From: Candidatus Hermodarchaeota archaeon
Lineage (GTDB): Archaea; Asgardarchaeota; Lokiarchaeia; Sigyniarchaeales; SOKP01
Assembly (NCBI GenBank): GCA_048885525.1
Contig: JBHLLP010000066.1
Span: forward strand, 1 to 13,414
Length of the DNA: 13,414 nucleotides
Reading direction: 5' to 3'
Shown here: positions 7,665-13,414 of the stretch, one piece after another
Layout of the letters: each line of letters starts with the position of its first letter
Numbering within the stretch: position 1 is the first letter of the stretch
Made by a program: the position numbers and the translations under genes
Notes under the pieces: model-generated
Database searches by the model: none
Told to the model about the DNA's origin: nothing
Seen by the model: the letters and a program-made list of their open reading frames with translations, nothing else

Positions 7665-9128
7665 ATGAAAAAGAGAGATATCCTTTCTCTAATTCTATTT
7701 CTGAGTTTGATATTAATTCTTTTAATGGATACTTACTTGTTTCTCCCAAATCAAGTTTTAATTGCTGCAGATTTAGGTATTTATTTTGATACAATTGGAA
7801 TAATTATTGGCACCTATATTATTATTCATGGAATATCTATTATCATTTTTGGATATTTAACAGATAAAATTGAAAGAAAGAAATTGGTATTATTTGCCGG
7901 GATTTTATGGTCTCTAACAGCAATAATGCATATATTAATTTCTAATATAATACATTTGTATATAGCACGAATAGCAGCAGCGATAGCTACAGGAGTAACA
8001 GGGCCCTTAGCTATTTCTTATTTAACTGACATTGTATCTTCTGATTCACGATCAAAATTATTTGCAGGCTGGACATTTATAGAATTGGTAGGAGGTCTTT
8101 TCGCAGGAGTTATTGCTTTGATGTTTAATCAAATTCCGTATGAAAAGATTGATATTGAATCAGAAAGTATTAGAGAGAATATTGACTACATCATAGCTAA
8201 TTACTCAAATTTATTAAATACTTGGCGTTTTCCCTTTTTAATTTTAGGTTTAATCGGCTTGATTTTTACTCTTTTAAATATTTTTTTTACCCAAGAACCA
8301 AAGAGAGCCGCAAAGGATAAGCTATTTGAAGATATCTTAAGTAATGAAGATCTTCAATATTCTTATCGTATTAATTTTTCAGATTTGAGAACGATATTCA
8401 AAAGAAAATCAAATATTTTTTTAACAATTAACTTATTTGACGTAGTAGTTTCTGGATTATTAGTTGCCTATTTATTTCCCTACTTTGAGTTAGAAATGGG
8501 GGTTTCATTTAGTGATCCTTTGGGTTTAGCAGCTATTATTGTATTGATCATTATTATTGGTCCATTAGGATTTGTGCTTGGTCAATTTGGTTTAGCTCAT
8601 TGGGGTGATAGAAAAGTTCAAAATGGTGATTTAACAGGACGAGTAAAGGTTGCAACAATTTGTGGAATTCTTAATATACCTTTTCTTCTATTAGGATTCA
8701 TGATGAGACCTGATGTTGCTAATCAAACTTTCTTCTTAAGTAAAATAGCAGTAAATTTAGTTGGTTTTTGGTTATTATGGATTATTTTCTGCCTTTTTAT
8801 TGGTGTAGGTCTGGGATTCTCGTTGGGGATTGCTCCAAATTGGTATTCTTCTCTTATTGATGGAAACTTACCAGAACATAGAGGTACAATGGTAGCAATG
8901 GGATTATTCATTGATACTTTTGGGCGTGCTTTAGGAGCAATCTTAGGGGGGTTAGTTGTGAATTTAACTGATAGCTTTTCAATCACTATTGTTTGGTCGA
9001 CATTAATATTTGGAATAATATCAACTTGCTTCTGGATTCCATTATTTTATACTAGTAAAAAGGATTACACTTACATAAATGAAATAATGAAAGAGAGATC
9101 TTCTACATTAAAAACAATCCGGGACTAA
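7665..9128 (+). CDS. Major facilitator superfamily transporter (Spinster-like features)
   Basis: About 12 TM segments. MFS motif A FGYLTDKIERK, WRFPFLILGLIG at TM6, EPKR after TM6, second-half repeat AHWGDRK, and LPEHRGT before TM11. Confidence 0.9.
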   Translation: MKKRDILSLILFLSLILILLMDTYLFLPNQVLIAADLGIYFDTIGIIIGTYIIIHGISIIIFGYLTDKIERKKLVLFAGILWSLTAIMHILISNIIHLYIARIAAAIATGVTGPLAISYLTDIVSSDSRSKLFAGWTFIELVGGLFAGVIALMFNQIPYEKIDIESESIRENIDYIIANYSNLLNTWRFPFLILGLIGLIFTLLNIFFTQEPKRAAKDKLFEDILSNEDLQYSYRINFSDLRTIFKRKSNIFLTINLFDVVVSGLLVAYLFPYFELEMGVSFSDPLGLAAIIVLIIIIGPLGFVLGQFGLAHWGDRKVQNGDLTGRVKVATICGILNIPFLLLGFMMRPDVANQTFFLSKIAVNLVGFWLLWIIFCLFIGVGLGFSLGIAPNWYSSLIDGNLPEHRGTMVAMGLFIDTFGRALGAILGGLVVNLTDSFSITIVWSTLIFGIISTCFWIPLFYTSKKDYTYINEIMKERSSTLKTIRD

Positions 9129-9997
9129 AGAAAGCTCTTTATATATGTATCTGGAACATTAGCTTCTCCCATTTTAATCTTCTTCTTATTTCCATGATAA
9201 TCTGAACCTCCCGATTTTATAAGATTAAAATCATTAGCAATTTTTCTATAGTACTCAGGAAAGTAATTCTGAGCCCAATCTGCTTTATCTGTTCCATAAT
9301 AAGGCCTATTTTTAGCATATGTATATTCCACTTCTACACCTTCAATCCCTGCCTCAATGCAGGATTTTACAAATTCTTTTTTATCTTTAACTGCATAAAT
9401 TCCTGGATGTGCTAAAATAGGAATACCGCTAGCAAATTTAATTAATTCGATAGATTCTTCAAGATTTAACTCAACTTTTCTATCAACGTATGCAGCTCCA
9501 CCAATACTGATCATTTTAAATAATTCATTTTTAGATTTGCCTTCAGTCTTTTCAGAATTATTTCTCCTTAAAATTTCTACAATATGAGGGCGTCCAACTA
9601 CTTCATTTCCAGCAATGGCTTTAACTTCTTCAAACGAAATATCGTATCCAAATTCATCTCTTAAGCGTTTACAAATAGCTTTTTTTTGCTCTAATCGCCC
9701 TTTAATCTGTTCATTAATCGAATTGATCAATCTTGTAGAGGAATAATCAATATTTAAACCGATAATGTGAACATCTATTAATTCCCTCTTAGGTTCGTGT
9801 CTAATCGAAATTTCTATACCCGGAATTAGAATAATCTCCTTTATTTCTCCATATGATAAAAATTCCTCAATACCCGCTATTGTATCATGGTCAGTAATAG
9901 CAATTGCTTTTAGTTTAAGTTCTAAAGCATGTTCAATCAATAGGGAAGGTGTTTCAGAACCATCAGATGCAGATGAATGGAGATGAAGATCGATCAT
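9125..9997 (-). CDS. PHP-domain metal-dependent phosphoesterase (TrpH/YciV-like)
   Basis: DLHLHSSASDG, AITDHD, PGIEIS, VHIIG, GRPH, ILAHP, GIEGVEV, GGSDYHG: the complete PHP metal-ligand set. Confidence 0.93.
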   Translation of the reverse strand: MIDLHLHSSASDGSETPSLLIEHALELKLKAIAITDHDTIAGIEEFLSYGEIKEIILIPGIEISIRHEPKRELIDVHIIGLNIDYSSTRLINSINEQIKGRLEQKKAICKRLRDEFGYDISFEEVKAIAGNEVVGRPHIVEILRRNNSEKTEGKSKNELFKMISIGGAAYVDRKVELNLEESIELIKFASGIPILAHPGIYAVKDKKEFVKSCIEAGIEGVEVEYTYAKNRPYYGTDKADWAQNYFPEYYRKIANDFNLIKSGGSDYHGNKKKIKMGEANVPDTYIKSFL

Positions 9998-10128
9998 TAG
10001 AATTATGAATTAAAAAACCAATAATATATTTGTTTAAATGAATATTGATGAATAAAATTTACTAATTAAATGTAATTACTTATTTATATTCAGAAGAATA
10101 GTTACTTTAAAAGAACTACTTGAACAAT

Positions 10129-11544
10129 ATGCCAATAATTATAATGAAATTTGGGGGCTCTTGTCTAAAAGATAAAACTGCATTCAATAGAATCCTCGAT
10201 ATAACGAAAATTTATAGTGATGTGAAAAAAATATACGTTACTTCAGCTCTGAATGGGATAACAGATTTACTTCTAAAAACTGCTAATATGTTAGAAGATG
10301 ATAAAGATACTGATATGAATATGGCATTAATAGAAAAAAAGCATATAGATATAATTGAACAAATATTTATCGAGGAATCTGAACAATACAACAAAGTAAA
10401 AGATTGGATTGATGAAAAATTAAGTGAATTAGAAGATAGATTTGCTGATATTAAAGAATTTGGATTAGAACCATATTATAAAGATTACATATTAAGTTTT
10501 GGAGAACTTTTATCAACCTATATATTAGACCAATATCTTTTAAGTAATGGATTAGATTCTGAATTTATAGCAGCAAATAAATTGATTATTACAAATGACG
10601 ATTTTAATAACGCTTACCCCTTATATAACTTAACTAACTCTCGAATTGAAAAATTATTACTCCCGCTTATTGTAAATCCCAAAAAAGATACAATTGTCTG
10701 TATAACAGGATTTATTGGTAGAAATAAATTAGGCATTACTACAACTCTTGGGAGAGGAGGTTCAGATTATACAGCAACTATTTTAGCACGAAGCCTATAT
10801 GATGTAGGAGATGACAAAGACATTAAAGTTATTCTGTGGAAAGATGTTGATGGTTTATTAGCAATCGATCCAAAATTTATACCACATGCCTCTCTCATAA
10901 AAAATTTAGATTATGCTGAGGCCAAGCATATCGCTAATTTTGGAGCAAAAATTCTCCATCCTAAATGCTTAGAAGCTATTGAAAATTATAAAATTCCATT
11001 AGAGATACGAAATTTTGATAAACCATTAGAAAGCAACTTTACGGAGATTTCTAAAATAACAGATAAGGATCATATTAAGGGGATTTCTGCTGTAGAATTT
11101 GCTACAATTATCACAGTTATTTCCGGAAGCATGGTTGATGTTCCTGGTATTTTAGCTAAAATATTCAAAATTATGAGTAAAAATAAAATTAGTGTGTCTC
11201 TAGTAGCTCAAAGTTCCTCAGAAATAAGTACTTCTTTTATTATAAAAGAAGAAGATTCTGAGAAGGCTATTAATGCTTTAAAAATTTCAGATTTCTTTTC
11301 AGAATTTTTTAAAATCAAATGGGAGAAAGTTGCTGTGATTAATATAACAGGACTTAAAGTTCTTGAAACAAGGACCAAAGTAGACATTTTCAATGCTTTA
11401 GATAAAAAAAATATACGAGTTAAAGCTATTTCACAGAGTTATGATGAACTAAATTTATCAATAGTTATCGAGAGAGATAAATTGAAAGACGCAATAACAA
11501 TTATTCATGATGACCTTTATGATGAATTTGAAAGTTCTAGTTAA
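10129..11544 (+). CDS. lysC: Aspartate kinase with C-terminal ACT domains
   Basis: MKFGGS, VTSALNGITDLL, LSFGELLS, TGFIG, TTLGRGGSDYTA, WKDVDG, DP, FGAKILHP, followed by two ACT-like repeats (GSMVDVPGILAKIF...SSSEISTSF; IFNAL...ISQSYDELNLSIVI). ATG at 10129 is preferred over TTG at 10120. Confidence 0.95.
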   Translation: MPIIIMKFGGSCLKDKTAFNRILDITKIYSDVKKIYVTSALNGITDLLLKTANMLEDDKDTDMNMALIEKKHIDIIEQIFIEESEQYNKVKDWIDEKLSELEDRFADIKEFGLEPYYKDYILSFGELLSTYILDQYLLSNGLDSEFIAANKLIITNDDFNNAYPLYNLTNSRIEKLLLPLIVNPKKDTIVCITGFIGRNKLGITTTLGRGGSDYTATILARSLYDVGDDKDIKVILWKDVDGLLAIDPKFIPHASLIKNLDYAEAKHIANFGAKILHPKCLEAIENYKIPLEIRNFDKPLESNFTEISKITDKDHIKGISAVEFATIITVISGSMVDVPGILAKIFKIMSKNKISVSLVAQSSSEISTSFIIKEEDSEKAINALKISDFFSEFFKIKWEKVAVINITGLKVLETRTKVDIFNALDKKNIRVKAISQSYDELNLSIVIERDKLKDAITIIHDDLYDEFESSS

Positions 11545-11657
11545 AATTTTTAATATTATGTAAAACAACTTAAGAAACGTACTTTTAACTTTTAAGAAAC
11601 CTAACTCATCATAAACATATCAAATTAGAAATAGATAGATGAATTTACTCTTAAAAC

Positions 11658-12182
11658 TTAAGTTCTAGAGTCAATTATTCGACGAGTTAACTCTGTAAAA
11701 GCTTCATCGACATTAATTCCAGTCTTAGCAGAAGTTTCTATATAAATACTTCCCTCGTTTTCTGCAAATGAACGTGCTTCATCCCGATCTATAACCATGC
11801 CGACATCTTCTATTAAATCATATTTATTCCCAATAAATACAAAAGGAATTTTTTCACCCGCGAACTGTCTTATCTCTGTAAGCCACTTTCTTGTTTCCGT
11901 ATAAGTTTGTTCTCTTGTTAAATCAAAGACTAACAGTGCTCCAGCAGCACCTTTATAAAACGTACTACGGATAAATTCAAATCGCTGTTGACCTCCTATA
12001 TCCCATATAGAAAGTGTTGCTATTTCGCCTTGTCTGAATTCTACATCTTTGGTTAAAATATCTACCCCCACTGTTAATTTGTAATTTGCTTGGAATCTAT
12101 TTTTAATGAATCTCTGAACAAGACTAGTCTTTCCTACAGCAGCCGCTCCAGTCAATAATACTTTTAGTTTAAAACTTGACAT
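11658..12182 (-). CDS. Rab-like small GTPase (Ras superfamily)
   Basis: G1 GAAAVGKTS, G2/RabF1-like YKLTVGVDI, G3 IWDIGGQQRF, RabF4-like FYKGAAG, RabF5-like LVFDLT, G4 NKYD, G5 ETSAK. 174 aa, ending without a Cys-containing tail. Confidence 0.95.
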   Translation of the reverse strand: MSSFKLKVLLTGAAAVGKTSLVQRFIKNRFQANYKLTVGVDILTKDVEFRQGEIATLSIWDIGGQQRFEFIRSTFYKGAAGALLVFDLTREQTYTETRKWLTEIRQFAGEKIPFVFIGNKYDLIEDVGMVIDRDEARSFAENEGSIYIETSAKTGINVDEAFTELTRRIIDSRT

Positions 12183-12188
12183 AAAGCT

Positions 12189-12194
12189 TCACTC
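12189..12194 (-). promoter_or_regulatory. Putative Shine-Dalgarno-like motif (GAGTGA) upstream of the Rab-like gene
   Basis: The minus strand reads ...CGTGAGTGAAGCTTT-ATG, a G-rich island in otherwise very AT-rich upstream sequence. Confidence 0.4.
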
Positions 12195-12236
12195 ACGTCG
12201 GTTATTAATATCTTTTTAAATTATTTTTTAATGATG

Positions 12237-12244
12237 TATATAAA
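12237..12244 (-). promoter_or_regulatory. Candidate archaeal TATA box (TTTATATA) for the Rab-like gene
   Basis: Matches the TTTAWATA consensus about 55 nt upstream of the ATG, compatible with a ~30-nt leader containing the SD-like motif. The AT-rich background weakens the call. Confidence 0.3.
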
Positions 12245-12539
12245 TAATTATTATAATTTCTATTTAAGAATTTATTTAATTTATTTATATGGACTAAATT
12301 AAAGATAAAATAATTTCTGAATTTAAATATTTTTACATAATATAAAACTAGTTTTTATACAATTCTTTGCTATCTAATTTGTATAGATATCTTTTATTCA
12401 AGATTGATAATATTGATAAAAAGGAGAGATAAAGAAGAACATTATTCATCTCCAAATTAGAAGTAAAAATCATAATTCTTAAATGCTACATCAACTCAAT
12501 TTTTTACACTAAACAAAACTGAGAGCTTCACGACCTTTT

Positions 12540-12598
12540 TAACTAATTGATAAATCGATTTATACTTCTAACTAATTGTACCACTAACTACGTTGTAC
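12540..12598. repeat. Short direct repeats (TAACTAATTG x2 plus one degenerate copy) around a 14-bp palindrome
   Basis: TAACTAATTG at 12540-12549 and 12569-12578; ATAAATCGATTTAT at 12550-12563; CTAACTACGTTGTAC at 12584-12598 resembles CTAACTAATTGTAC at 12568-12581. Confidence 0.5.
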
Positions 12599-12655
12599 TG
12601 AAGTGTCACAAGTCATTTTATCTAACCAAATTTGAATGTTTTTTTCCGAAATAAA

Positions 12656-13414
12656 CTATTCTTTTGCTTTCTCGTTAATTTTCTTCTTTTTTTCTACATC
12701 CTCCTTCTCTTTTTTATAGGGTTTTGAAGGTTTAGATTCGTCTAATGGAGTATTGCAAAACCAACACGCATTTTCGAGATTTGCTAAGGTTTCCTCACAT
12801 TTTATGCAGTATAGAGCACCACATTCAGGACAGATATAATTAATTCTTGAGACTCTACCCTTACATACAAGACATATCTTACGCTCTTTAAAAAAAGTAA
12901 TAACTTCTTGTGTAATGTCCTCTTGTTTATATTGAGATACTTTGAACATTTCATCCTTAATTTCTTCTTCTTCCCGTAGGGGTTGTTTAATTATTTTTCC
13001 ATTTGGTGTCTTAGGTAGATCCTCTCGAAATTCTATGTATTTTGGTACTTTAAAATCAGCAAGGTTTTTTTTACAATATTCGATAATTTCTTCTTCAGTA
13101 ATAGATTCTCCTTCCTTCAACACAACTAATGCTTTAGGAAGTTCTCCATAAATTTTATCCCGAACTCCAATAACAGTTGCAAATGAAACTGCTGGATGAG
13201 AGTATAAAACCTCTTCTATTTCACGTGGATAAATATCTTTTTTACGGTCTGTGATGTAGAAAAAACCATCCTCATCCATTAAACCAATATCACCAGTATA
13301 TAACCACCCTTCTTTAATTATTTCTGCGTTAGCTTCAGGATTCTTAAAGTATCCTTTCATAATATTATCCCCTTTAATGACGATTTCGCCCTTTGTATTT
13401 GGTGGAACATCATT
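12656..13414 (-). CDS. Long-chain acyl-CoA synthetase/AMP-binding enzyme (3' part; truncated by window edge) fused to a C-terminal 8-Cys zinc-binding domain; hinge motif partly deleted
   Basis: The frame is open to the window end: NDVPPNTKGEIVIKGDNIMKGYFKNPEA...GWLYTGDIG...DRKKD, YPREIEEVLYSHPAV, FKVPKYIEF, LPKTPNGKIIK (catalytic Lys). It is followed by CLVC/CPEC/CIKC/CWFC. Confidence 0.88.
   Translation of the reverse strand, partial: NDVPPNTKGEIVIKGDNIMKGYFKNPEANAEIIKEGWLYTGDIGLMDEDGFFYITDRKKDIYPREIEEVLYSHPAVSFATVIGVRDKIYGELPKALVVLKEGESITEEEIIEYCKKNLADFKVPKYIEFREDLPKTPNGKIIKQPLREEEEIKDEMFKVSQYKQEDITQEVITFFKERKICLVCKGRVSRINYICPECGALYCIKCEETLANLENACWFCNTPLDESKPSKPYKKEKEDVEKKKKINEKAKE

Noticed and set aside
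10144-10164. KFGGSC instead of the common KFGGTS/KFGGSS in aspartate kinase
   Set aside because: A conservative Ser-to-Cys change; all other catalytic motifs are intact, so there is no evidence of altered function.
12183-12655. Possible CRISPR array, tRNA, ncRNA or small gene in the long intergenic region
   Set aside because: No regularly spaced 25-40-nt repeats, no GC-rich stem or cloverleaf, and no convincing ORF; only short repeats are present.
8723-13151. Short ORFs 8723-8986, 10212-10394, 11208-11393 and 12942-13151
   Set aside because: Each is antisense to a confidently identified gene (MFS, aspartate kinase, acyl-CoA synthetase).

Overview
AT-rich, gene-dense archaeal window. Its content and protein style point to an Asgard archaeon (Lokiarchaeia-like); this is an inference from a Rab-like GTPase with no prenylation tail, a Roadblock-like protein and a longin-like/Arf-like GTPase fusion. 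Left to right: two tandem NDP-sugar epimerase/dehydratases (the first cut by the window edge), a GT-C/AglB-like polytopic membrane protein, a UPF0280/ApbE-like protein (-), a Roadblock/LC7-like protein, a multidomain small GTPase, an MFS transporter, a PHP-family metallophosphoesterase (-), aspartate kinase, a Rab-like GTPase (-), and the 3' part of an acyl-CoA synthetase (-). Main points of interest: (i) the GTPase reading frame stays open about 71 codons upstream of the called GTG and has no ATG/GTG/TTG there. It encodes the missing half of a longin-like domain and probably starts at ATT after a GGTGA motif. This gives a longin + Arf-like G domain + helical bundle + disordered linker + SHOCT-like hairpin architecture next to a Roadblock gene. 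(ii) The acyl-CoA synthetase carries a C-terminal C4C4 RING-like zinc domain and lacks about 8 residues of the conserved hinge motif. (iii) The GT-C protein has EFGWG where AglB/STT3 has WWDYG. No RNA genes, CRISPR arrays or mobile elements were recognised.
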